A stretch of 64,000 nt of DNA, from NCBI GenBank assembly GCA_049515915.1, contig JBEKTP010000004.1:12709-76708 (forward strand), read 5' to 3'. The position numbers and the translations under genes were made by a program. Shown piece after piece: positions 17,807 to 25,876 of this stretch. The notes under the pieces are model-generated. The model saw only the letters and a list, made by a program, of their open reading frames with translations, was not told the origin of the DNA and ran no database searches. The DNA is from Patescibacteria group bacterium (GTDB taxonomy: Bacteria > Patescibacteriota > UBA1384 > UBA12157 > JAENIV01). Every line of letters begins with the position of its first letter. Within the stretch, counting starts at the first letter, position 1.

Positions 17807-19534
17807 CTATTCAATAGTTGCTCTAATACGTCTGACGCCAGATGATGAAGATTCCTCTTTGATGATTTTGAATTTACCGATCTCGCCGGTGGATTTGACG
17901 TGCGGGCCGCCGCAGATTTCTTTAGATATTGTTCCGATACTAAAAACTTTCACAATTTCTGGATATTTGAAGCCGGGAATCGATGTCGCACCGGATTGTA
18001 ATGCTTCGGGGAACGACATTTCTTCCATTTTAACATCAAGATTTTGCGAAATCTTATCATTAACCCAATCTTCAATTTGTTTTATTTGTCCGTCAGTTAA
18101 TTTTTGTGGCCAGTTAAAATCAAAACGGATGCGTTCAGAATTAATATTGACGCCTTTTTGATTTACATTTTTGCCTAAAATTTCTCGCAGGGAAGCGAGC
18201 AGTAGGTGAGTGGCGGTGTGAAATTTAGTTTCAGTTTCCCCACCACTTGCCAGCCCACCTTTAAACATTCCAGCAGATGCAGTACGAGAAAGTTCTTGAT
18301 GTCGTTTTTCTTTTTCATCTACTGCAACTTTAATAAAATTCATCTCTTTATCGTCAAAGTCATTATTTCTATTTAAAAATTCCAGACTTAGTTCTAAGGG
18401 GAATCCATATGTCTGTTTTAAATCGGTCATCATTCCTGATATTGTCATGAAATTTCTTTGTGTTTTTGGTTGTGAGCTTACAATTTTTGATGCGATTTCT
18501 ATTCTTTCCAAACCCTTTTCTAATGTTTGTCGAAATTTTTTCTCTTCAATTTCAATACTATCTAAGATATTTCCCTCCCCAACTAAAAGATTGTTATTCT
18601 TATAGACTTCAAAAATTCTTTCGCCAATCTCATATGTAAAATTCTTTTCAAGACCGATTTGTCTAGCTTTAATAACTGCTCTTCGAATTAAGCGGCGGAC
18701 AATATAGCCGGCGTCTTTATTGGATGGCAAAATTCCATCATTAATCGCAAAAGTTGCCGCTTTAAGATGATCAGCAACAATCCGAAATTCTGTTTGATAG
18801 TCTTGATACTTTTTGCCAGAAATTGATTCGATTTTTCTAATTATCGGTGCAAAAACATCGGTTTCGTAGACATCTTTTTCCCCTTTTATCACTACCAACA
18901 TTCTTTCTAATCCCATACCGGTATCAACGCCCGGGGTTGCAAGTTTGTGATACGAACCATCGGTATTTTGGTAATATTCGTTAAAAACTAACGTCCAGAC
19001 TTCAATATTATCAACAAACATCTCCACACAAGGCCCGCAAGGTCCTTCATCGCCAGTCGGCCCCCAAAAACAATCTTCGCGGCCGTGTTCTTCAAATTTC
19101 AAATTTATCGATTCTAAAATTTTTGCCGATTCATCGTCGCGGGGATTCGTCTCATCGCCGCCGAAAATCGAGCACTTTAATTTTTTAGGATTGATATCAA
19201 GCTCTTTTACTAAAAATTCATATCCCCACTCGATTGCCTCTTTTTTAAAATAGCCGCCGAAGGAAAAGTTCCCAAGCATTTCAAAAAAAGTTAAATGAGT
19301 GTCATCACCGACTTCCTCGATATCAGAGGTTCGTAAACACGACTGGCAAGTGACGATATTTTTGGCTGGTGCTTCTTCGGGATGAGTATAAAATTTTTTA
19401 AACTGCTGCATACCGGCTGTCGTAAACAAAACCGAGGGATCATTTTCGGGAATCAAAGAAGCTGGCGGCATTTCCCTATGTCCCTTGCTCACAAAAAAAC
19501 TAATAAATTTTTGGCGTAAATCTTGAGCCGTCAT
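17807..19534 (-). CDS. alaS: Alanyl-tRNA synthetase, short form (catalytic + editing domains, no C-Ala domain)
   Basis: 575 aa vs ~870 typical; class-II AlaRS N-terminus (FISFFVSKGHREMPPASLIP, FTTAGMQQFK) and editing-site HTATHLL..CGGPHV motifs. Confidence 0.9.
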   Translation of the reverse strand: MTAQDLRQKFISFFVSKGHREMPPASLIPENDPSVLFTTAGMQQFKKFYTHPEEAPAKNIVTCQSCLRTSDIEEVGDDTHLTFFEMLGNFSFGGYFKKEAIEWGYEFLVKELDINPKKLKCSIFGGDETNPRDDESAKILESINLKFEEHGREDCFWGPTGDEGPCGPCVEMFVDNIEVWTLVFNEYYQNTDGSYHKLATPGVDTGMGLERMLVVIKGEKDVYETDVFAPIIRKIESISGKKYQDYQTEFRIVADHLKAATFAINDGILPSNKDAGYIVRRLIRRAVIKARQIGLEKNFTYEIGERIFEVYKNNNLLVGEGNILDSIEIEEKKFRQTLEKGLERIEIASKIVSSQPKTQRNFMTISGMMTDLKQTYGFPLELSLEFLNRNNDFDDKEMNFIKVAVDEKEKRHQELSRTASAGMFKGGLASGGETETKFHTATHLLLASLREILGKNVNQKGVNINSERIRFDFNWPQKLTDGQIKQIEDWVNDKISQNLDVKMEEMSFPEALQSGATSIPGFKYPEIVKVFSIGTISKEICGGPHVKSTGEIGKFKIIKEESSSSGVRRIRATIE

Positions 19535-20152
19535 TTAATATCCTAAGATAACCGCTCTGACAAAATCGGCCACGCTTGAAAAAGTTTGATTAAGTTTACT
19601 GACTTTGACGTCAACGGGCTTGCTGTACCAAGTACCATAAACTTCGTTATATTTACTTTCGACGCTTTGAATTTTTGAAATGTAGCCCACCGTTTCAATC
19701 GGCAGCTGGCCGACTCCGTCTTTATAATTATCAACCCGGGGCACGCCGGCGTTGTAGGCCGCAATGGCCAGATCGGAGCGGCCAGGATATTTATCAAGTA
19801 AACCTTTAAGATAAAATGTGCCGTATTCAATGTTCGTGTCCGGGTCGAACAAATTGCCGAAAGATTGGCCCAAATCACTGGCAATCGAACGTCCGGTCGC
19901 CGGCATAATTTGCATTAAACCTTCGGCCCCGGCCCCCGAAACCGCCTTGGGATTAAAATGGCTCTCGGAAAAAATCACGGCGCAAACTAAATTAGGATCA
20001 ACACCAAATTGTTGAGTATATTTCTGAATGGAAACTTGATAGTCCAACGGATAAACAATTTCCCCCCAGGCTTTTGAACCATAAATATAAAAGATCACTA
20101 ATAAAATAATAGTGATGCCGCTAATAATAATTAATTGAATCCTTCTTTTCAT
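19535..20152 (-). CDS. Lytic transglycosylase (SLT domain), membrane-anchored
   Basis: 205 aa; ESHFNPKAVSGAGAEGLMQIMPATG and AYNAG SLT motifs after an N-terminal TM. Confidence 0.85.
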   Translation of the reverse strand: MKRRIQLIIISGITIILLVIFYIYGSKAWGEIVYPLDYQVSIQKYTQQFGVDPNLVCAVIFSESHFNPKAVSGAGAEGLMQIMPATGRSIASDLGQSFGNLFDPDTNIEYGTFYLKGLLDKYPGRSDLAIAAYNAGVPRVDNYKDGVGQLPIETVGYISKIQSVESKYNEVYGTWYSKPVDVKVSKLNQTFSSVADFVRAVILGY

Positions 20153-20303
20153 TCTTTCCTAGAACCATCTTATCAGGAAAAACCCCAATTGTCTATCAAA
20201 ATATATAAAAAAATACCCAGGGCAAGGCTTGATAAGTAAATTTTACTTTGGGCGGCAAATCCAATAATTACTAGAGTCTAAAATGTGATTATTATTGAGT
20301 TAT

Positions 20304-20534
20304 TTATCGCGCACAATTCAATGATAAATTATCTGCTTTAGAGGTTAGTTTTTCGGCTTTCTTTAAAAATTTCGTTGCCTCTAAAATCTCCACTAATACG
20401 GGCATATTGCTTTTAGTAAAATGAACGACAATATTGCCGATTTCTTTAGCATAATCAATCGGCTGACTGGTTATTTCATAAGTCAAAACATCGGCTTCTG
20501 GTTCATAATTAATTTTTAGCTGATTACTTTTCAT
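20304..20534 (-). CDS. DUF2283-family small protein (antitoxin-like partner of DUF4258)
   Basis: 76 aa, ...INYEPEADVLTYEI... matches DUF2283 (YDxExDxLYI-like); start ATG overlaps the upstream ORF. Confidence 0.6.
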   Translation of the reverse strand: MKSNQLKINYEPEADVLTYEITSQPIDYAKEIGNIVVHFTKSNMPVLVEILEATKFLKKAEKLTSKADNLSLNCAR

Positions 20535-20775
20535 ATTGTGTTCTCCTGCCTGGATAGAAGGTGATGACCTTAATCAAGCCCTCTCCTTGTTTATAGACTA
20601 CTCGCAAAACATGGGTTTTGTTAAATTTTCTCTAGGCGATAAGCAGCGGCAAACGGGATTTATCAATTTTATCAGGGTTCATAATCGTTTCTGTTACTTG
20701 CTCTTTTGAGATAGAAAATTTGTGTTTTCGTAAAATTTCAAACTTTTCTTTAGCGTGTTTGGTAAAATAAATCAT
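20524..20775 (-). pseudogene. DUF4258-family (toxin-like) gene interrupted by one in-frame TAG
   Basis: Manual translation: MIYFTKHAKEKFEILRKHKFSISKEQVTETIMNPDKIDKSRLPLLIA*RKFNKTHVLRVVYKQGEGLIKVITFYPGRRTQYEK*. Amber codon at 20632..20634. Both halves are <60 aa, so neither appears in the ORF track. Confidence 0.5.
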
Positions 20776-20795
20776 AAAATTTGACAAATTCTAAC

Positions 20796-20883
20796 TGGTG
20801 CCCGAGGTGGGATTCGAACCCACACGACCGGTTAAGGTCACATCATTTTAAGTGATGCGAGTATTCCGTTTCTCCACTCGGGC
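20796..20883 (-). tRNA. tRNA-Leu (anticodon TAA), CCA encoded
   Basis: GCCCGAGTGGAGAAACGGAATACTCG-CATCA-CTTAAAA-TGATG-long variable arm-GTGGGTTCGAATCCCAC-CTCGGGC-ACCA. Confidence 0.85.
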
Positions 20884-20889
20884 ATGTTT

Positions 20890-21396
20890 CTATCTTCTAT
20901 TTCTTCCTCTATGTGTTGGCTTTAAGCTGTGACAATTTGGACATAGTATTCTTAAATTTTTCAATCTATTATCACGACTATTCCCATTTATGTGGTCAAT
21001 CTCTAAAGGCAAACGACCATCCTTTGATCTTTTAGCCCATCCGCATTCTTCACAATAAGGCAGTTTTAATCCAGCAGAAAGTAGTCTATTTTTCAATTTA
21101 TAACTCTGAAAAGTACTATTGGACACTATTATTTTTTTAATTGGGATTCTTGGTCTACTTAACCCCCGTAAACCTTTATTCCAGCCCCGCCCTTTAAGAT
21201 GCGATACATCTATATTATACAACTTAATATATTTTTGTATCTGGCTATAATTTCCGCCTGCCTCGCGCAGTCTTAATCGAATTAGTATTTGCCGGATACT
21301 TCTTGAATTCTTTACTGCTACCCTCAAATCATTTTCCGTCCATTTTCTTTCTCTCATATTTCCAGTATATAATACGGCAAACGTATAATCAAGCAT
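20890..21396 (-). CDS. HNH endonuclease (free-standing), abutting tRNA-Leu(TAA)
   Basis: 168 aa; C-terminal EIDHINGNSRDNRLKNLRILCPNCHS HNH/zinc motif; stop codon 7 nt from the tRNA 5' end. Confidence 0.8.
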   Translation of the reverse strand: MLDYTFAVLYTGNMRERKWTENDLRVAVKNSRSIRQILIRLRLREAGGNYSQIQKYIKLYNIDVSHLKGRGWNKGLRGLSRPRIPIKKIIVSNSTFQSYKLKNRLLSAGLKLPYCEECGWAKRSKDGRLPLEIDHINGNSRDNRLKNLRILCPNCHSLKPTHRGRNRR

Positions 21397-21418
21397 ATCT
21401 GTCTGTGTCTACCACTAT

Positions 21419-22429
21419 TTATTTTAGCACGATTTCCCAACTCTCACCGCTTAATCTTAATTTAGCGGGAATTGTAAAGCCGGCCGCGCGTTTGTGGCCA
21501 CCGCCGCCGAAAAGTTTGGCGATTTTGGAAACATCAACATCATCGCGCTCAGTCCGTAATGAGGCTCGAATCTCTCCTTCGGGAGTTTCGAAAAACAAAA
21601 TGGCCGCTCGCACGTCAGGAATCGTATCCATCAAATTGACTACCCCCGTCAAGTCGGCATAAATAGCCCCACAATCTTCTAAGTCCTGGCGGGTAATGAC
21701 TGAAGAAACAATCTGCAAATCTAAATTTTTCCGGATTCTCCCCAAGGCCACGCCCCAAAGCTTGAGTGAAGAAACGCTTTTATTTAAAGCGACATTTTTC
21801 GTAATTTTTTTTAGCTGGGCCCCGCTGTTTAAAAGTTTTGAGGCCACCTTTAGTGTTTCGGGACTAGTGTTCGGATGTTTAAAGCCGCCGGTATCGGTGT
21901 AAATACCGGTCAACAAAGCGGTCGCAATGTCACGGCTGATTGGGGTGCCCAACTCATTTAAAATGGCCCAAACAATTTCCGAGGCCGAGGAAACTTTTTG
22001 GTCAATAAGATTATAATTAGCGACTTTCCAAAGATCGTTTTTGGGATGATGATCGATATTAATTAAGTTCTTGCTGATTTTGGCGAATTTCTTTAATCTT
22101 TCCGGAAAACCGGTTCGTTTAAGATCGCCGCAATCGATGATAATAATGACTTCATAATCACCAAAAAGAATATCTTGTTTAATCTCTTCGCTTTGGGGTA
22201 AAAAAACAAAAGGCTTCGGAACAGCATCTTTGCAAACCATCGAAACTTTCTTATGCATCCCTTTCAAAGTTAAATAGAGCGCCAAGGTGGCCGCTAAAGT
22301 ATCACCATCGGGATCTTGATGGATCATTAAAAGAAAGTTCTGATAGTTTCGAATTTTTGAGATGACTTTATCTAATAGCATCAGGTTGACTCCACTCGCC
22401 GTCAATCCCGACTTTCGGCTCGAGATCAT
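21419..22429 (-). CDS. nrnA: DHH-family phosphoesterase (NrnA-like oligoribonuclease / pAp phosphatase)
   Basis: 336 aa; DHH motifs (HQDPDGD, IIIIDCGD, NIDHHPKND) and C-terminal DHHA1 GGGH. Confidence 0.85.
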   Translation of the reverse strand: MISSRKSGLTASGVNLMLLDKVISKIRNYQNFLLMIHQDPDGDTLAATLALYLTLKGMHKKVSMVCKDAVPKPFVFLPQSEEIKQDILFGDYEVIIIIDCGDLKRTGFPERLKKFAKISKNLINIDHHPKNDLWKVANYNLIDQKVSSASEIVWAILNELGTPISRDIATALLTGIYTDTGGFKHPNTSPETLKVASKLLNSGAQLKKITKNVALNKSVSSLKLWGVALGRIRKNLDLQIVSSVITRQDLEDCGAIYADLTGVVNLMDTIPDVRAAILFFETPEGEIRASLRTERDDVDVSKIAKLFGGGGHKRAAGFTIPAKLRLSGESWEIVLK

Positions 22430-22902
22430 TTCGAAGGATTGAGGACGACAACTTTTCTTTCTTCGGCCGGCAAATCAGTGTAAGTTACCTTATACTGATC
22501 CATCGACTCGTGAGTTTGTCCCTCCGCTTTGAGAAAGCTTTCTAAGTCCTCCGTATACATTGGTATCACCACCGCCGGTTCGATTTGGCTAATCACTTCT
22601 AAGGCCGTCTTCGTCTCGGTAAATTCACCCCCGCCAACACCGATTAAAAGAACGTTGATGCCGTCGAGTTTTTCAAGCTCTTCGTCGGAAAAAATTTTTC
22701 CTTTTTTCATCCAAGCAACCGTCATTCGTTCCGAAAGAACTTCGGTAACCCCATCAATGACTTCCACTTGAACGCCACCCGATTCGTATTCGCCCGGCGT
22801 CGTAATTTTTAACTCACCCAGCATGATCTCTTGGCCGATTTTGACGGTTTTATTTTTAGTTTTAAGCGTGAAATTTTCTTTTCCGTCCCAGGAAATAATC
22901 AT
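22426..22902 (-). CDS. Hypothetical protein (158 aa)
   Basis: Conserved-looking soluble protein, no family assigned; 4-nt overlap with nrnA. Confidence 0.5.
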   Translation of the reverse strand: MIISWDGKENFTLKTKNKTVKIGQEIMLGELKITTPGEYESGGVQVEVIDGVTEVLSERMTVAWMKKGKIFSDEELEKLDGINVLLIGVGGGEFTETKTALEVISQIEPAVVIPMYTEDLESFLKAEGQTHESMDQYKVTYTDLPAEERKVVVLNPSK

Positions 22903-22922
22903 TTTCCTCCTCTGGCAACAAT

Positions 22923-24062
22923 TTATTTGGTTTTCTTATGTTTCGGCCCGGCAGTCTTTTTCGCCCTCTTTTTGGTTTCTTTCTTTTCAACGGCTTTAAG
23001 TGAAAGACTTAATTTGTGGACTTCCGGTTCAACGGAAATAATCTTGAACTGATAAGACTTTCCTTCCTCGATCACATCTTTCGGATTACTGATTTTTTCA
23101 CCCAGCTCGGAAATATGGACCAAGGCATCGAGCTGACCGACTTGAATGAATGCTCCGTAAGGGGTTATCTTGGTGACTTTTCCTTCCACAATTTGGCCGA
23201 CCTTATAATCAGCCGCTGCTTTCAGCCACGGATCAGGCAAAAGCCGCTTAATCGAGAGAGAGACCCGGTTATTCTCAATCGAAATCACGGAAACCTCTAC
23301 CTTTTGGCCAATTTTAAATTGCTCGCTTAAATCAACAATATGATCCCAAGATGCTTCGGAAATATGGACTAAACCTTCGATGTCCGATGAATCCGGTATT
23401 TGCAGCTTAACAAACAAACCAAAATTCACAATGCCAGTGATTTCGGCCGTAAATTTTTGACCAACTTTCAATTTTTTAATTTTTTCTTGTTGGACGACAT
23501 CACCGGCCGCTTTTTCAGAAAAGATTAATTTACCAGAAGCCGGCTCAAAGCTTAAAACTTTAACTTGAAAAGTTTGGCCGACTAATTCTTTTAAGCGGGA
23601 AAAAATTTCTTCGCGGTCGCCTGAGGAAACTTTCGGATAGTGAGAACTGGCCAATTGGGAAACCGGCAAAAATCCTTCAAAATCGCCGAATTGACAAAGT
23701 AACCCACCTTTATTGGCCGAGGTGGTTTTGACTTGTAAAATATCACCCGTTTCAAATTTAGTCGCCAAAATTTTAGAAATGCGCTCTTTGTCCGCTCGGC
23801 GTAATGATAAAATAACGTAACCATCATCATTTTCAACCGTTAGAACATACGCTAAAACCTTGTCTCCCACTTTGAGTGTATCAACATCGGGTGAAAATTC
23901 TTGCTCGGGAATATAACCCAAGGCAAACCCTCCCACATCGACCAAAAGTCGGTTTTTCAACACCTGTAAAATTTTTACTTCAAAAAGCTCTCCCGCCTTA
24001 ATCGGAATAAGTTTTCCGCCGTACTTGGCGAGCAAATCTTTCATTGACTCGGGACTTTTCAT
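22923..24062 (-). CDS. rpsA: 30S ribosomal protein S1 (short, 4 S1 domains, Lys-rich tail)
   Basis: 379 aa with repeated S1 OB-fold signatures (GxV..I...G.FV) and C-terminal KKETKKRAKKTAGPKHKKTK. Confidence 0.85.
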   Translation of the reverse strand: MKSPESMKDLLAKYGGKLIPIKAGELFEVKILQVLKNRLLVDVGGFALGYIPEQEFSPDVDTLKVGDKVLAYVLTVENDDGYVILSLRRADKERISKILATKFETGDILQVKTTSANKGGLLCQFGDFEGFLPVSQLASSHYPKVSSGDREEIFSRLKELVGQTFQVKVLSFEPASGKLIFSEKAAGDVVQQEKIKKLKVGQKFTAEITGIVNFGLFVKLQIPDSSDIEGLVHISEASWDHIVDLSEQFKIGQKVEVSVISIENNRVSLSIKRLLPDPWLKAAADYKVGQIVEGKVTKITPYGAFIQVGQLDALVHISELGEKISNPKDVIEEGKSYQFKIISVEPEVHKLSLSLKAVEKKETKKRAKKTAGPKHKKTK

Positions 24063-24089
24063 TTTAATTAATCCTTTCTGAAAAAAATA

Positions 24090-24509
24090 CTATTGATGAC
24101 GGGAAGGCAAGTATTTTTCAAAATTTTTTCTTTCATAATATCTTTTAACTAATTTTGGAAACATCCTAAAGCGATAATCTAAAATCGATAAACCGAAAAG
24201 AAAAAAAGCTAAGAACAAAACTATCATAAAGAATCGGCTGCCCAGATAAGCCAGTTGCTGCCATCGAAAGAAGCTCAAAATTAAACCCATCAGACCCGTG
24301 TAAAAAAACAAATTAAAGAGCCCTTTTTGCAGCGGTTGGTAAAGCGGCAATTTTTTATTTTTCTGCCCGAGCAAAAACCAAAAAACAAACGCCAACAGAA
24401 TAAACAGAACAAAAATCGCCACGATATAGAGGAAGCTACGGTGAAACGGCGGCGTTTTTTCAAAAATGTAATCGGTCGAAAAAAATTGTTTAAAATCGAT
24501 ATTGGGCAT
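24090..24509 (-). CDS. Hypothetical membrane protein (139 aa, 4 TM)
   Basis: Hydropathy only. Confidence 0.5.
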   Translation of the reverse strand: MPNIDFKQFFSTDYIFEKTPPFHRSFLYIVAIFVLFILLAFVFWFLLGQKNKKLPLYQPLQKGLFNLFFYTGLMGLILSFFRWQQLAYLGSRFFMIVLFLAFFLFGLSILDYRFRMFPKLVKRYYERKNFEKYLPSRHQ

Positions 24510-24513
24510 GGCG

Positions 24514-24798
24514 TGGTGCCTGGGGGCAGAATCGGACTGCCGACACCATGATTTTCCATTTTTATTTGGACTATCTCATCATCCCGATCAATCGGGAGTT
24601 GGGCGCTAATACAAGATTATTGTTGGGACTCACTTGTTAGTCTCTACACCTTCTTCAGTACTCAAACCCACTGAAGCTTGGCTCGGGATTATCGATATAA
24701 GAATTCGACTTCCCCGAATTCACCCAATTTTCATCTCCGATTTACACCGGAGCGGACCGAAAATTCAGTCATGTGCTCTACCACTGAGCTACCCAGGC
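24514..24798 (-). tRNA. tRNA-Phe (anticodon GAA) interrupted by a 210-nt group I intron in the anticodon loop; CCA encoded
   Basis: 5' exon 24798..24767 GCCTGGGTAGCTCAGTGGTAGAGCACATGACT; 3' exon 24556..24514 GAAAATCATGGTGTCGGCAGTCCGATTCTGCCCCCAGGCACCA. The spliced product is a canonical 75-nt tRNA closely matching E. coli tRNA-Phe. Confidence 0.8.
24557..24766 (-). other. Group I intron (ORF-less, 210 nt) inserted between U33 and G34 of tRNA-Phe
   Basis: 5' exon ends in U, paired (G.U wobble) with intron IGS GGUC at intron nt 9-12 (P1: gacu/GAAUUUUCGGUC). Intron ends in ...AAAAUG (omega-G). P7-like AGACUA...UAGUC elements at GAGACTAACAAG / GAGATAGTCC. Several internal hairpins (P2 CTCCGGTGTAAATCGGAG, GAATTCGGGGAAGTCGAATTC, CTTCAGT..ACTGAAG, TCCCGATTGATCGGGA). 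Confidence 0.75.
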
Positions 24799-24913
24799 AT
24801 GATTTATTTTTAAAAAACATGAAATGAGAAATGAGGTTTCTTGACTGACCGCACTTCACATTTCTCATCTTGAATATACTTATAAGGGTTAGGAGATTGA
24901 TATTGAAAGACGC

Positions 24914-25528
24914 TTACATCTTAACAAAATGAATCCTATTTATCAAGTGTTCGAGTAAACCCTGGCGACGAACATAGACAATGATTATCCAAAGCAAAGT
25001 GATATTGACAATCGGATAGATAATTAGATTTTCAAACCAATGGCCAGTTTTGATGCGCAATTTTCCCAAGGGATCGGGCGGAATGCCAAAATGATAGGGA
25101 AGGGGAAAGAGCAAGGGTACACCGGCTTCGGTAAACATATCGGCCAATAAATGCCCGCCGTAACCAATAATAAATGCTAGGTAGACCAAACCAAAATCGA
25201 TGGTTGTCAAAATAGGAATGAAAGAGAACATTAGTTTTAGAATTAAAAAATAAAGCAAAGATAAAAGGCCGAGCCCGATAAAAGAATGAGAAAGATGCCG
25301 GTGGCCGCCAATAAAAGCCGGCTTAACTATTCGCGATAAAACCGAGCCAGCGGGAATTTTCCGCCAGAGCTCGCCGGTCGGCGTATCCAAATCAGGTGCG
25401 CTTGAACCGATCACCGTCGAGACGATTAATAATATGATTAATATCGGTGAGAGTTCAATTTTATAAAGTAACAAAAAAACAATCGCTGAAAAAGTTAACC
25501 CTACTGAAACGTGAGTTTTGTAAGTCAT
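24914..25528 (-). CDS. Membrane-bound metal-dependent hydrolase (YdjM/DUF457 family)
   Basis: 204 aa polytopic with conserved His/Asp (SAPDLD, GHRHLSHS, GHLLADMF). Confidence 0.6.
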   Translation of the reverse strand: MTYKTHVSVGLTFSAIVFLLLYKIELSPILIILLIVSTVIGSSAPDLDTPTGELWRKIPAGSVLSRIVKPAFIGGHRHLSHSFIGLGLLSLLYFLILKLMFSFIPILTTIDFGLVYLAFIIGYGGHLLADMFTEAGVPLLFPLPYHFGIPPDPLGKLRIKTGHWFENLIIYPIVNITLLWIIIVYVRRQGLLEHLINRIHFVKM

Positions 25529-25582
25529 GTGATAATAATACTATAGCCAACAAAACTAAAAAAGCCGCACTGGCTTTCCTTT

Positions 25583-25657
25583 TGGTGGGCGGTGAAGGAT
25601 TTGAACCTACGACATCCTCGATGTAAACGAGGCGCTCTACCGCTGAGCTAACCGCCC
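25583..25657 (-). tRNA. tRNA-Val (anticodon TAC), CCA encoded
   Basis: GGGCGGTTAGCTCAGCGGTAGAGCG-CCTCG-TTTACAT-CGAGG-...-TTCAAAT-...ACCGCCC-A-CCA. Confidence 0.85.
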
Positions 25658-25658
25658 T

Positions 25659-25746
25659 TGGTGCCCGGGAGAGGATTCGAACCTCCACGAGCTTGCGCTC
25701 ACAGCCACCTCAAGGCTGCGCGTATAGCCAATTCCGCCACCCGGGC
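25659..25746 (-). tRNA. tRNA-Leu (anticodon GAG), CCA encoded
   Basis: GCCCGGGTGGCGGAATTGGCTATACGCG-CAGCC-TTGAGGT-GGCTG-long variable arm-GGAGGTTCGAATCCTCT-CCCGGGC-ACCA; 1 nt from tRNA-Val. Confidence 0.85.
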
Positions 25747-25789
25747 ATATCAGATAATTATACTCGTCTGTAATTAGATATTCAAGAAA

Positions 25790-25870
25790 TGCCCGCGGTC
25801 AGATTTGAACTGACACGGCCTTGCGGCCATACGGCTCTGAACCGTACACGTCTACCGTTCCGTCACGCGG
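25790..25870 (-). tRNA. tRNA-Leu (anticodon CAG), CCA not encoded
   Basis: GCCCGCG-TG-ACG-GAACGGTAGA-CGT-G-TACGG-TTCAGAG-CCGTA-TGGCCGCAAGGCCGTG-GTCAG-TTCAAAT-CTGAC-CGCGGGC-A. Confidence 0.8.
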
Positions 25871-25876
25871 GCAAGT

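Noticed and set aside
25461-25688. ORF 25461..25688(-) (75 aa)
   Set aside because: It spans tRNA-Val and tRNA-Leu(GAG), an artefact of translating structured RNA genes.
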